Part shown: positions 10,613-21,122 of the stretch, piece after piece
How the letters are laid out: every line of letters starts with the position of its first letter
Position numbering within the stretch: position 1 is the stretch's first letter
DNA from: an uncultured Bacilli bacterium
GTDB taxonomy: Bacteria > Bacillota_I > Bacilli_A > RF39 > UBA660
Length of the DNA: 64,000 nucleotides
Direction: 5' to 3'
NCBI GenBank assembly: GCA_947627805.1
Contig: CANQXB010000001.1
Span: forward strand, 24,836 to 88,835
Made by a program: the position numbers and the translations under genes
The notes under the pieces: model-generated
What the model saw: only the letters and a program-made list of their open reading frames with translations
The model's database searches: none
What the model was told of the DNA's origin: nothing

Positions 10613-10727
10613 AACAATCTAAACATAACGCAATAACCGAACCATTTTGATTTACCCAAACCGCGGACTTGTGCTTCTTCCCGCATTTCTGACATTCAAA
10701 GCCTGAATCTGTCTCTATCTCTGTCAT
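10557..10727 (-). CDS. small zinc-ribbon protein (56 aa), absent from the ORF track
   Basis: ATGA start/stop overlap with the dUTPase stop; CQKCG...CLDCY spacing. Confidence 0.35.
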
Positions 10728-11173
10728 ACTCCAGTACTCCCAAATCCTCCACGATTAGAGCTATTTAATTCTTCAACTTTCAATAGATGAATAGGAGGTT
10801 GATGTTGAATAATGCGGAATTGACATAATCTTGTATCTTTTGGAATACAAATAAAAGACTTATCTTGATTTAAGTTTAATACTGGCATTTTCCAAATATC
10901 ATCATTCCCGCAATAACTCTCATCTATTACTCCAATATGGTTAGTTTGAATAATATTATATTTCATAAAAGTAGAACTGCGGGGAACAATTAATGCTTCA
11001 TATCCTTGTGGAAGTTCCATAGCAATACCTAAATTTACAAGACAAAATTCCCAAGGCTTTAAGATTACCTCTTCATAAGTATAAAGATCAATCCAATCTC
11101 CCTTTTTTATTTGTTCTAATTTATGTGCTCCTGGGAGATATTTAATTATAATAGTCTCTGAAATATTGCTCAT
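10724..11173 (-). CDS. dut: dUTP diphosphatase
   Basis: 149 aa; IGVIDESYCGNDD and C-terminal RGGFGSTG motifs of trimeric dUTPases. Confidence 0.8.
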   Translation of the reverse strand: MSNISETIIIKYLPGAHKLEQIKKGDWIDLYTYEEVILKPWEFCLVNLGIAMELPQGYEALIVPRSSTFMKYNIIQTNHIGVIDESYCGNDDIWKMPVLNLNQDKSFICIPKDTRLCQFRIIQHQPPIHLLKVEELNSSNRGGFGSTGV

Positions 11174-11443
11174 TTATTCACCAAAATCAATCTGTTGTTT
11201 TTGTTTATAGGTGATAGAATCAAGAGCAAAATCAGGATCGCGCAAACTATTAAAGATAAATTTATATTTTACTTGGTAATAAATTTCATCAGTTTTTTTA
11301 TTTTCTTTTTGAGTCCAGCTAAAATTATTTAGTAGACACCCCATATTATCAGCTTCATCTTGCAACTCTTTATGTAAAGCCTCAACATCTTGTATTGTTT
11401 CTACACGGACTTCATTTGTTGAACTAATTAAAAATTGTAACAT
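11174..11443 (-). CDS. hypothetical protein
   Basis: 89-aa ORF tightly packed in the operon. Confidence 0.4.
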   Translation of the reverse strand: MLQFLISSTNEVRVETIQDVEALHKELQDEADNMGCLLNNFSWTQKENKKTDEIYYQVKYKFIFNSLRDPDFALDSITYKQKQQIDFGE

Positions 11444-11458
11444 TATAACACCTTTTCT

Positions 11459-11743
11459 CTAAAACGAGACATAATTAATTTGTATATCTGTAGATAAAAT
11501 ATGATTACTCATCTTCATACCAATTTCACCCGTGTAATCTTCAGGGCCGCATAACATAATCTCGCTGATTTGTCCTTTAAATTTTTCTAATATAATATCA
11601 ATAGTTGGTATTAATTCTGAATACCAAAATTGATTAGAATACATTTCTGTATTAGTAGATTCTTCTAATACAGTTAAAGTCAGTTTAGAAGTAGGAAAAG
11701 CTCTAATTATAATTATCATATTTTTACGACCCAATCTGTACAA
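11459..11743 (-). CDS. hypothetical protein
   Basis: 94-aa ORF. Confidence 0.4.
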   Translation of the reverse strand: MYRLGRKNMIIIIRAFPTSKLTLTVLEESTNTEMYSNQFWYSELIPTIDIILEKFKGQISEIMLCGPEDYTGEIGMKMSNHILSTDIQINYVSF

Positions 11744-12093
11744 TTAAATAAAGTATACATGCGAGGTTCTTCATCATCATAACTTTGTACCCAACATTCA
11801 TAATAATGATTATTATGAGAATAATCAATACTCAAAATAACCCCTCTTGTTTCAAGACATTCTCTTAATTCTTTGATAAATTTATCATAGTCTTGATCTT
11901 GGAAATAAAAAATAATAAAGTCATGTATTTCACGACAATATAACAAGAAATAATCGTTTTTCTTATAATTATAGGATAACCATGCACCTACACTAGCTAA
12001 TTGTAATTTAACACTTTTTTTACTTGGCTTATCCATTTGTTTTAACAAGTTTTTATTTAAATCATATGCATTCCCTAGTGCAATATCAGCCAT
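11716..12093 (-). CDS. hypothetical protein
   Basis: 125-aa ORF downstream of a consensus promoter. Confidence 0.45.
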   Translation of the reverse strand: MADIALGNAYDLNKNLLKQMDKPSKKSVKLQLASVGAWLSYNYKKNDYFLLYCREIHDFIIFYFQDQDYDKFIKELRECLETRGVILSIDYSHNNHYYECWVQSYDDEEPRMYTLFNCTDWVVKI

Positions 12094-12131
12094 TTTACTC
12101 CTTTATTCTTTTTTTATTTACTATATTATAT

Positions 12132-12160
12132 AGTATAACATTATTTTTTTGTCTTGTCAA
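12132..12160 (-). promoter_or_regulatory. sigma-A-type promoter: TTGACA, 17 nt, TATACT, with TGn extension
   Basis: Minus-strand reading TTGACAagacaaaaaaataatgtTATACT; member of the recurring promoter family. Confidence 0.5.
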
Positions 12161-12578
12161 ATCTAATTACTTGTTGATTGCGGGAACCACACCATCTCAG
12201 CCCTAAATCTTTTTCATCTTCTATAAAAGGACCCGCTACTAATACATCAACTTTTTCTAATATTTCTTTTAATTGTCTATTATTTATATTGGTTAAAAAT
12301 TCATATTCATATCCTGTATATAACCAAATTTTTATATGAGGAAATATTAAACGTACTTCTCGCAATAATTGGTTTAAATCTTTCCAATTGCATTCTTCAA
12401 GTGGTTCTCCGCCAAGAATGCTGAGTCTAGTTATTACAGGGTTATTTAAATATTGAAAAAGAGTTTCTTTTGTCTCTTGGATAAATTTTTCACCAGCATC
12501 AAAACTCCAAGTCTCTGGCTGAAAACATCCTTTACAATGAATTGAGCTAAGAGCAGCCTTGAACAAACAACGCAACAC
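12141..12578 (-). CDS. nrdG: anaerobic ribonucleotide reductase activating protein (radical SAM)
   Basis: CKGCFQPETW matches the NrdG C-x-G-C-x-N-P-x-T-W cluster; adjacent to nrdD. Confidence 0.7.
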   Translation of the reverse strand: MLRCLFKAALSSIHCKGCFQPETWSFDAGEKFIQETKETLFQYLNNPVITRLSILGGEPLEECNWKDLNQLLREVRLIFPHIKIWLYTGYEYEFLTNINNRQLKEILEKVDVLVAGPFIEDEKDLGLRWCGSRNQQVIRFDKTKK

Positions 12579-12601
12579 CTATTCCTTCTCCATTAGATAT
12601 A

Positions 12602-13525
12602 TCAAGCGGTCTGATCGTGGCATACCTCATTAGCATCACCTCCTATAATAAAAGTGCTAGTTTCTAACAGTAAATCTTCTATTATTAAATTATTATAATG
12701 CCAATAAGGAATTCTAATAATTGGAATATTGTTATCAAAACAATATTGATTCTTAAATTGGTCTTTATTTTTAATTTTTTGTAAATCCATAGGAGTTCTT
12801 GCCCAAGTATTACTTTTGTAATGTTGTCGTCCGTCAAATTCAATGATATATTTGTTATTAACGTAAAAGTCAAAACGTAAAGATCTTTTAGAATTATTGT
12901 AAAATAATTTAGGAGCATATTCTTGAATATAAGGAATATTTGCTTGATTTAATAATGTTTTAATTTTTTCTTCTCCTTTAGAAAAGGAAATACAACCACA
13001 ACTAATAGTGTCATTTGCAATCAAATGATTGCCATATATATCTTTAATTGTGCCACATTCGCATTTACAAGTATATTTCACCCCATTTGTAACACGATCA
13101 TTCCATGTTTGTGTTTGAGAAGGTTCGATGACTGTTAATAATCCAAATTTTTGACCAGATAAATTATTTCTTAATTTTGTTTCCTTACATTGTGAGCTAC
13201 CACAACTTTTTGTTTTTCCAGTTCTTAAATGATTTTTATAGACAGATAAAATTTTTCCACAATTACATTGACAAATATATTTTTGGCTATTATTTTCATC
13301 TTTTTTTAAAACCATTAATTTACCGAATCGTTTCCCTATATCATCTATTTTTTGAGCGCACCCACAGCTTTTGGTGCGCCCTTTCCTTAGTTCTGATCCA
13401 TAAATACTTTTTATAGTACCACAATCACATTGACAAATCCAGTATCCACGCTGTTTAGTATTATCTCGTTTTAATACTGTCCATTTACCATATCTATGCC
13501 CTGTTTCATCTATTAATCTAGGCAT
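12602..13525 (-). CDS. free-standing homing-endonuclease-like protein inserted between nrdG and nrdD
   Basis: Five N-terminal repeats of Y.C.C.CG(T/K)I...G(T/K)TKSCGC; C-terminal FDFY.NN.YIIEFDGRQH resembles a DUF559/Vsr-like nuclease domain. Confidence 0.5.
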   Translation of the reverse strand: MPRLIDETGHRYGKWTVLKRDNTKQRGYWICQCDCGTIKSIYGSELRKGRTKSCGCAQKIDDIGKRFGKLMVLKKDENNSQKYICQCNCGKILSVYKNHLRTGKTKSCGSSQCKETKLRNNLSGQKFGLLTVIEPSQTQTWNDRVTNGVKYTCKCECGTIKDIYGNHLIANDTISCGCISFSKGEEKIKTLLNQANIPYIQEYAPKLFYNNSKRSLRFDFYVNNKYIIEFDGRQHYKSNTWARTPMDLQKIKNKDQFKNQYCFDNNIPIIRIPYWHYNNLIIEDLLLETSTFIIGGDANEVCHDQTA

Positions 13526-15756
13526 TAATAATCCTCTTCGTTATGGTCGGTCACATGAATAAATCTGTGGTACATTTCATCAGCACGTCCTTCATTAAAA
13601 GCGCTTGTACTGATGTAGCCACATACTCGTCGAGCAACATTCATTCTTTCAAAATTACGATTGCCACATTGTGGACATTCAAAATAGTGTTTACCATTTT
13701 CATCTTCATGAAGGATAATTTCTCCCTCAAAGCCGCAATCCATGCAATTATCTAGTTTTGTGTTAAACTCACAGTACATAATCTTATCATACATAAACTT
13801 AAGCAATGCTAAAATTACTTCGAGATTATTTTGAAGATTAGTTGTTTCAATATAACTAATACATCCTCCTGGACTTAGTTTTTGAAATTCAGCTTCTTTT
13901 TTAATTTTATCCCAAGGAGTGATAGGTTCTTCTACCCACACATGATAACTATTAGTTACATAATCTCTATCTGTGATGCCTGGGATAATACCAAACTTTT
14001 CTTGTAATTTGCGGGCAAATTTATAAGTTGTAGTTTCAATAGGTGTGCCATATACGCTATAATCTACAGGTTCTTGCTTACGCCATTCTATACATTTATC
14101 ATTCATAAATTGCAATACTCGTAAAGCAAAATCCCGGCCTTTAGGCTGCGTATGACTTTCACCTGTAATTACCAGAGCGGTTTCATATAAACCAACATAC
14201 CCTAGGCTAGAAGTAAAATGTTTTTCTGCGATAACTTTTCCAACAGGCTCATCAGCTTCTAATCTTGACAATGCTCCATATTGCCAAAGAATAGGATTAA
14301 CTTCCGCGGGTGTATCTTGTAATCTTTCCCAACGAACTCTTTGAACATCATGACAAAGTTCTAATCTTCTTTTGAGAATATCAAAAAATAATTTTTCTAA
14401 TTCTTCTTCATTTGTTGGAGCGCCATCTTGTCTCCAATATATATCATCTATCATTGCCTTTGCGGTTAATGCTGTATCAATTAAATTTACAGTGGTAACA
14501 CCTATATTGCCTCTACCATAAAATTCTGGTTTACCTTCCTGATTTAGGTAGGTATCTGTTAAAAAGCTTCTACATCCCATACACGGATAGCAATCCCCAG
14601 TTCCTGCAGGATTAATTTTTTGTTCTTTCATAACTTTTTCAGAGATGTAATCAGGTACCATCCTTTTTGCAGTACATTCTGCGGCGAGTTCTGTAAGATA
14701 CCAATAAGGAGCATCTTCTGTAATATTATCCTCTTCAAGAACGTAAAGTAATTTAGGAAATGCTACTGTAACATATTGTCCAGCTTCATTTTTCATACCT
14801 TGAATACGTTGCCGCAACGTTTCTTCAATTAACATTGCAACTTCTTCTTTATATTCTTCAGTTTCTCCTAAATACATACAAATACTAACAAAAGGAGTTT
14901 GTGCGCGTGCCACACAGAAAGAATTAATCTGATAGTTTAAAGTTTGGATAGCATCTTGTACTTCTTTGCGAGTATCTTTCATAGCCAAAACTTCAACTTG
15001 TTTAGGAGTTAAGTCCTCTTCCATATATTTTTCAAGATAACGTTCATAAGAATCTCGCACAAAAGGCGCTAAATGAGTTAAAGTAATAGTTAAACCACCA
15101 TATTGTGCACCACTTACTGCCGCAATAATTTGTGAGGCAATAGTGGCAGCTGTAATAAGACGATGCGGTTTTTCAATCATAACACCATTAATAACCGTGC
15201 CATTTTGTAACATATCTTCAAGATTAACTAAGCAACAATTTGTATAAGTCCTTTCTGCGGAAAAGTCCATATCATGAATATGAATTTCTCCTGCATCGTG
15301 AGCTGCTACAGCCTCTCTTGGAAAAATAAAAGTGCGGGCAAGATCTGTATCTACAATACCCGCAATATAATCTCGTTGAGTTACAGCTAAACGAGCATCT
15401 TTATTACTATTTTCTGTACGCCAATATTCATTATTACCTTGAATCATCTCTAGGATTTCTGCTTCATTACGATGTTGCCTCGCTAATTCTCTTTTATATC
15501 TATATCTAATATAAGCCTTAGCTTCATCATAATATCCCCACACCATTAATGCAGTTTCAACCAAATCTTGGATTTCTTCTACAGAAATAATAGGATTAGG
15601 CCAATTTTGAATTAGTTGATCAATTTCTGTTAAAATTTCAGTATCTTCAAATTCCCTTTCTAATTCTTCAAAAGCACCTGCTATAGCGACAGAAATACGT
15701 TCCAAGTCGTAAGGCACTAATGATTCATCACGTTTCATTACTTGAATCATATGCAT
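13525..15756 (-). CDS. nrdD: anaerobic ribonucleoside-triphosphate reductase
   Basis: 743 aa; C-terminal zinc ribbon CMDCG...CPQCG and glycyl-radical motif RVCGY. Confidence 0.9.
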   Translation of the reverse strand: MHMIQVMKRDESLVPYDLERISVAIAGAFEELEREFEDTEILTEIDQLIQNWPNPIISVEEIQDLVETALMVWGYYDEAKAYIRYRYKRELARQHRNEAEILEMIQGNNEYWRTENSNKDARLAVTQRDYIAGIVDTDLARTFIFPREAVAAHDAGEIHIHDMDFSAERTYTNCCLVNLEDMLQNGTVINGVMIEKPHRLITAATIASQIIAAVSGAQYGGLTITLTHLAPFVRDSYERYLEKYMEEDLTPKQVEVLAMKDTRKEVQDAIQTLNYQINSFCVARAQTPFVSICMYLGETEEYKEEVAMLIEETLRQRIQGMKNEAGQYVTVAFPKLLYVLEEDNITEDAPYWYLTELAAECTAKRMVPDYISEKVMKEQKINPAGTGDCYPCMGCRSFLTDTYLNQEGKPEFYGRGNIGVTTVNLIDTALTAKAMIDDIYWRQDGAPTNEEELEKLFFDILKRRLELCHDVQRVRWERLQDTPAEVNPILWQYGALSRLEADEPVGKVIAEKHFTSSLGYVGLYETALVITGESHTQPKGRDFALRVLQFMNDKCIEWRKQEPVDYSVYGTPIETTTYKFARKLQEKFGIIPGITDRDYVTNSYHVWVEEPITPWDKIKKEAEFQKLSPGGCISYIETTNLQNNLEVILALLKFMYDKIMYCEFNTKLDNCMDCGFEGEIILHEDENGKHYFECPQCGNRNFERMNVARRVCGYISTSAFNEGRADEMYHRFIHVTDHNEEDY

Positions 15757-15808
15757 ACTCCTTAAAAAATCCGACTATTTTATTTATATGAAAAAACTAA
15801 AACTAAGA

Positions 15809-16417
15809 TTATTGTATCTTGCCCATTAGCTGCAAACGACGTAGAATAGAATTTACTGCTTTTATACTAGCTTGTTCTCCTCCTGTATTATGAATAATAA
15901 GAGGTTCAATAATAGAATTTCTATGTAGCCATCTTTTAAATCCAGCAAAATCTTTATAATCAACAGCTAGCCGTCTAAAAAATTCAAATGACCATTTACC
16001 TTCTCTATCATGGCTACGTATAAGTCTTTCTTTTGTATTAGTTTCCAAAAGTACAGGTAGAACAGCGTCAAATAATGTACTGTTAATAATATTGCGGACG
16101 CCCGCTGGATCAAAAATTGCAATATTAAATCCATCTGCAATTTCATCTGCGGACGTTCCATAGTACCAACCATTAAAATCTGTATATTCTAAATATTTTC
16201 CTTCTGCGGCCCTCTTTAAAAATTGTTCAGAAGAAAGATAGTGATAATGAACACCATTATTTTCTCCTTTGCGTTTTGGTCTAGTAGTATCACTAATCAT
16301 AATATGGCAAGGATAACTTTTAGCTTGTAGCACTCGGTTAAGTTTCATTGCAACCGTGTCTTTACCAGCTGCGCTCTTTCCGCATAAAAGTATTAAAGTT
16401 TTACCCATTAGTTTCAT
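15809..16417 (-). CDS. deoxynucleoside monophosphate kinase (P-loop)
   Basis: LLCGKSAAGKDT P-loop resembling the T4 gp1 dNMP kinase. Confidence 0.55.
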   Translation of the reverse strand: MKLMGKTLILLCGKSAAGKDTVAMKLNRVLQAKSYPCHIMISDTTRPKRKGENNGVHYHYLSSEQFLKRAAEGKYLEYTDFNGWYYGTSADEIADGFNIAIFDPAGVRNIINSTLFDAVLPVLLETNTKERLIRSHDREGKWSFEFFRRLAVDYKDFAGFKRWLHRNSIIEPLIIHNTGGEQASIKAVNSILRRLQLMGKIQ

Positions 16418-19400
16418 CCCATCTCTTATTAGTCATATCAAAGCTACCATCACTATGAATTTCTGTAATTTTATATAATTGATGCGAAGGAGTCTTGCTA
16501 TATGCTTTTGCTATAAACATATCTCCTCTTCTGTATCCATTTACAACTACTAAAGTACCTTTTGAGAACCAACTTGCTTCCCGCACTTTTTTTGTACCAT
16601 CTGGCATCACTTCACTTATGCGGCGATTATATTTTGCATAATAATCTCTATTAAATTTAACAAAAACAACTCCACTATTTGGTGTTAAAATAGATATGGT
16701 TGATTTTATATCATCTTTTGCTACTACAGTTCCCGCTATGCGGCAAGTTTCAAAAATAGGAATTTCAATACCACTTCTTTTAAAAGTATATTCTACAGGC
16801 GGATATTCTGGTAAATCTTTATATTCCCGCACATGTTCTAATTCTAGACGTGCTTCCCGCAATTCATGATCATGATAATAACAACCTAAACTATCCATTT
16901 CCCATTTTGATAATGAGCCTTCAGCATATTTTTTCCATTGCTCTTGGAATAATGCATCATTTAATTGTTCTAATAATTCAATTTTATGTTTTGTTATATA
17001 TTCTTTTGCGGGAGCCATAGCTTTATCGTAGCATTTCTTTTTCCATATTTCTTTATCTATTGCTAAATCATTATTAAAAGGTTCTAATAAATCAATATCA
17101 AAAAATTGTTCATAAAAATCATAATAATTATCTTTAATAATATATTTACCATTTTTTAATACATTTTTTAATGCTTTATTAAAAACAAATACTCTTTTTT
17201 GAAAATCTAACTCTTCTGGCAATAAATTTCTTTGATTTAAACCGTTAAAATTTTGCATAGTTACACGTTTTTTAGGTTCGCTGCATATGTTCATATAATC
17301 TTGCATTACTTCTATACGATTTTTAAATTGATCAAAAGCTCCAGCTTTAATCAAAGATACTATAACAGTTTTATTTGCAGAAGTTTTTTCTAAAACATCC
17401 TCTAATCCTTTATATGGACGATTATCTATAATCTCTTGGATAATCTCTCCACCAACTCCATTAAGTCCTTTCATTCCAAAAAGTATTTGATTATTTTCTA
17501 CGTCTGGTTCAAACATATATAATGATTTATTTATATCAATTAAAGATATATGAATACCATGGTTCATCATATTACCTACAGCTGTAGCAATTTTATCATA
17601 GTTTGTACTTGCATCTTCATCTAGTCCGCTATCTACTCGTAAACATGCAGTATTCCAATAAATAGGATTATAATATGTAGCTAGATAAACAGTCTGCAGC
17701 CCCACATATGAGTATGCCAAGGAATGGATCAGAGAGAATGAATATCCTAGTTGGATCTTAATCAACACTTCCCAAACATATTCTCCTAAAGCAGTAGACT
17801 TAGCTGATTCTAATACTTTTTTCTGAAGCTGCGGGATTTCCTCCATTCTTTTCTTTGCACAGACTTTCCTAGCCCAATTTGCATCCTCTAAGCTAAATCC
17901 GCAGATATCTGGATCCATTAAGATCATCATCATATCTTCTTGCTGCGCGGGCGTACCATAACTATCTTTACAATATTTCTCTAACACATGCTGTTCTGCT
18001 TTAGTTAAACCCCAACGATTCATTTCATCATACCATAAAAACAAATTATTTTTTAATCTTTGATATCTGTCTGTCGGTGTTTCGCCACCTTTTTCTTGAG
18101 CCATTAACCGCATAACAGAATTACAAGTTGCCATTTCTTTAGGGCTATGTGGCTTTAAAGTTTTGATAGTTTGTGCACCTACCATACTATCAAATTGAAA
18201 GAACTTTAGAATATTACCTGAAACTGCAGCTTCCCACAATTTTTCATCATTAATTGGCAATACATCTGGATGTAAATATTTATTATAAAGCTGTCGCAGA
18301 CTTAAATTTGCTTCTACTTCTTCATGTTCTTGAAGAATTTGGAGGCACTGGGTAATCACGTCCTGAATCTCTGTCACCAAAAAGTCATATTTAACTGATC
18401 CAACTTCCTCTTCGTCATGAAGAGAAAACTGCGTTGTGATCGCTCCATTGCGGGCCTTCATGAAACACGAAGATTCATATGGATCATCATCATAAAAAAC
18501 TACTCCAGATGCATGGATACCTCTACGTGAAATTAACCCTTCAATCTTTTCAATAATTTCTAATAGTCCAGGATATTTATTTACTTCTTGAATAAATGCT
18601 TTAACAGGTTTTCTATCTTTTTCTTTATTCCCATTAATAACATCAGAAATTGGCCATAAAAAACCTCTTTCTACAGGAATTAAAGATGACATATATTGAG
18701 CAATATCATTATCAATACCGTGCGGAAACTCCGCTGCACTATACCCTCTACAAGCTGTTACAATTGCTGACTTGGTTGATTCTGTACCATACGTACAAAC
18801 TTGAATACAACCTAATTTTCCACGTTCTTCTCTAATCCTGGCGAAAATTTCTTCTCTTTTGCTGGGGCAGATATCAATATCAATATCTGGCAATTCTGTT
18901 CGAGATTTATTTAAAAACCTCCAGTAAGGAAGAGCATTCTTCAGCGGGTCTAATTGAGTAATACCCAGCAGATAATGATTTAATCCCGAACAAGCGCTAC
19001 CTCTTCCAGCTCCAACAGTGCTCCCGCATTCCCAAATTAAATCAATATATTTTTGTAAGAAAATTGGATAACTAAAAATACAGGTTCCTAACTTTTCACC
19101 AATAAATTTTTGAATATCTGCTTCTTCTTCAAGCCTACTTAAATATTTATCATTATATAAATCAAGTTCCCGCAATTTATTTAAACAATAATTTACCCAA
19201 TATCTTTCTTGCGGATTGTTGCTATCCAAAAGTGAGTTAAGAACAGAATAACCAATATCTTTCTTGACTCTTGGGTAATCTGGTACATCTACTTGCGGGC
19301 AGTGCTGTTTGCGGGCAATGCTAAAATCTCCAATCTTACTATAAACTTCTAAAGTATTATTTTTTAATTCTTCATAATCTAAATCTGTATTTTTTAAATT

Positions 19401-20219
19401 TTTAATTACTTCTTCTTCTGTTTGAAGATAAGCATAACTATAAAATTCATCAACTTCTCTTTCTCCTAACTTTGAATTAAGATAAGCCTTATGAATAGGT
19501 CTATCCGCGGCAGTCAGATAATGTGCATCAGTCGTTATAACAATCTTACTATTACAATAATTTGCGACCGCTCGCATTTTATTATTAACAATCAATTGTT
19601 CTTTACTTTGTGCTGGTTGTACTTCTAAATAAAAATCATCACCAAACATTTCTTTACAAAAATTAAGATGTGCAATTAATTGTTCATTTGCTTCAATCTT
19701 ACCCTGAATATTTTGTACTTTATCTGCTTTATCCATTTCAAGAATATAATAATCCACTTCTGAACCTAAGCATGCGGAAGAGCCTATTAAATGCCCTTCT
19801 CCATATTTTTGGATAACTTCAGCAAGTTCAGATTTTAGTAGTGGGACTCTCTCCATTCCTCGGTCAAAATATGAATTAATCCAAGCTATAGAGGACAATT
19901 CTTTTAACATTTTAAAACCAAGTTCATCTTTTGCAATTAAAATAAAATGAAAATATTTTTGTCCATTTTTCCGTTCATTAACTAAATAAATTTCATTACC
20001 GTGCGCTATTTTAAAATTAGGATTTTTATCTTTATATTTTTTTTGTAACCTATCTATTATTACACTTGCTCCTAATGATTCATGATCGGTAATAGTGATA
20101 CCTGCTAGTCCCATATCATAAGCAGATTCAATCAATTTTTCTGGTGTATTAATACAATCAAGTAATCTTAAATTAGAGTTAAGAATAATGAGTATGTGAA
20201 TGCATTTCAAAACGTCCAT
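16401..20219 (-). CDS. DNA polymerase III alpha-like replicative polymerase with N-terminal PHP domain
   Basis: 1272 aa; N-terminal PHP motif GITITDHESLGA; size and architecture of DnaE/PolC. Confidence 0.85.
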   Translation of the reverse strand: MDVLKCIHILIILNSNLRLLDCINTPEKLIESAYDMGLAGITITDHESLGASVIIDRLQKKYKDKNPNFKIAHGNEIYLVNERKNGQKYFHFILIAKDELGFKMLKELSSIAWINSYFDRGMERVPLLKSELAEVIQKYGEGHLIGSSACLGSEVDYYILEMDKADKVQNIQGKIEANEQLIAHLNFCKEMFGDDFYLEVQPAQSKEQLIVNNKMRAVANYCNSKIVITTDAHYLTAADRPIHKAYLNSKLGEREVDEFYSYAYLQTEEEVIKNLKNTDLDYEELKNNTLEVYSKIGDFSIARKQHCPQVDVPDYPRVKKDIGYSVLNSLLDSNNPQERYWVNYCLNKLRELDLYNDKYLSRLEEEADIQKFIGEKLGTCIFSYPIFLQKYIDLIWECGSTVGAGRGSACSGLNHYLLGITQLDPLKNALPYWRFLNKSRTELPDIDIDICPSKREEIFARIREERGKLGCIQVCTYGTESTKSAIVTACRGYSAAEFPHGIDNDIAQYMSSLIPVERGFLWPISDVINGNKEKDRKPVKAFIQEVNKYPGLLEIIEKIEGLISRRGIHASGVVFYDDDPYESSCFMKARNGAITTQFSLHDEEEVGSVKYDFLVTEIQDVITQCLQILQEHEEVEANLSLRQLYNKYLHPDVLPINDEKLWEAAVSGNILKFFQFDSMVGAQTIKTLKPHSPKEMATCNSVMRLMAQEKGGETPTDRYQRLKNNLFLWYDEMNRWGLTKAEQHVLEKYCKDSYGTPAQQEDMMMILMDPDICGFSLEDANWARKVCAKKRMEEIPQLQKKVLESAKSTALGEYVWEVLIKIQLGYSFSLIHSLAYSYVGLQTVYLATYYNPIYWNTACLRVDSGLDEDASTNYDKIATAVGNMMNHGIHISLIDINKSLYMFEPDVENNQILFGMKGLNGVGGEIIQEIIDNRPYKGLEDVLEKTSANKTVIVSLIKAGAFDQFKNRIEVMQDYMNICSEPKKRVTMQNFNGLNQRNLLPEELDFQKRVFVFNKALKNVLKNGKYIIKDNYYDFYEQFFDIDLLEPFNNDLAIDKEIWKKKCYDKAMAPAKEYITKHKIELLEQLNDALFQEQWKKYAEGSLSKWEMDSLGCYYHDHELREARLELEHVREYKDLPEYPPVEYTFKRSGIEIPIFETCRIAGTVVAKDDIKSTISILTPNSGVVFVKFNRDYYAKYNRRISEVMPDGTKKVREASWFSKGTLVVVNGYRRGDMFIAKAYSKTPSHQLYKITEIHSDGSFDMTNKRWDETNG

Positions 20220-20322
20220 TACTCATTACCATTAACATCACCTTCCTCTCTCATAAGTGTCTATATCAAAGATAATTACCATAGCTTAATCCTTGATACT
20301 TTTCTAGTTTTCTTATAAGAAT

Positions 20323-20351
20323 ATTATACTATAGAAAAGAGCAATTGTCAA
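20323..20351 (-). promoter_or_regulatory. sigma-A-type promoter, TTGACA, 17 nt, TATAAT
   Basis: Minus-strand reading TTGACAattgctcttttctatagTATAAT, upstream of the polymerase gene. Confidence 0.55.
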
Positions 20352-20359
20352 TTTACTCT

Positions 20360-20881
20360 TTATAGCAATTCAGCAAATATAAGTTTATCTGATAAAAAAT
20401 TTTTACATAAATAAATAGAAGCAAAAGCAGGTGATTTTGGTTTATCTGATAAATCTAAATTATGATGAAATCTTATTCTTTTATTAAAAATAAGTAATTC
20501 ACACTGTTTAATTAAATTAAAACTTTTTTGAAGCTGTATACTTGGTAATGGCCACATAATAGCAAAAGGAATATCTAGTTTAAATAAATATTTTAATATT
20601 TCTTCTTTCTTACTAAAAGGCGGATTACTAATTATACAATCACAAGGTGGGTAAGGTATTTCAAAAAAATTTTGATCATATTCTATATGTGTATTTATTA
20701 CATCATATTTTTTTGACAATATTTTAACATATTGGCTATCTTCTGTATCAAAAGGACACCAAATTGTTTTTGTATCATCAGGGATATAAGGTAGAATTGC
20801 TTCTACAGCATAACTAGGGGTATATAATTCATCTCCTTTAACCGTTCTATCACTAGTCATATATCCTATATTCATGCCCAT
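20360..20881 (-). CDS. small DNA N6-adenine methyltransferase (NPPF motif IV)
   Basis: DCIISNPPFSKKEEI catalytic motif. Confidence 0.55.
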   Translation of the reverse strand: MGMNIGYMTSDRTVKGDELYTPSYAVEAILPYIPDDTKTIWCPFDTEDSQYVKILSKKYDVINTHIEYDQNFFEIPYPPCDCIISNPPFSKKEEILKYLFKLDIPFAIMWPLPSIQLQKSFNLIKQCELLIFNKRIRFHHNLDLSDKPKSPAFASIYLCKNFLSDKLIFAELL

Positions 20882-20885
20882 ATAT

Positions 20886-21122
20886 TTATTCCTCTATCAT
20901 TTCTTTTAATGTTTTAAAATATCTAGGATATGTTGTATTAAATGTTATATCACATAAATTTTTAAAAAAGTCACTCGTAGTATAGTATTTAATAAAAATA
21001 TCATAGCTAATAGAGAAATTAAGAAAAGCATACATCATAGCTCTAAACCGCATAGACTCTTCATACCATTGTGCAATATCTTCATTTGAGACATCTTGTT
21101 TTTCTAACATTAAAATATCCAT
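20886..21122 (-). CDS. hypothetical protein
   Basis: 78-aa ORF. Confidence 0.35.
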   Translation of the reverse strand: MDILMLEKQDVSNEDIAQWYEESMRFRAMMYAFLNFSISYDIFIKYYTTSDFFKNLCDITFNTTYPRYFKTLKEMIEE

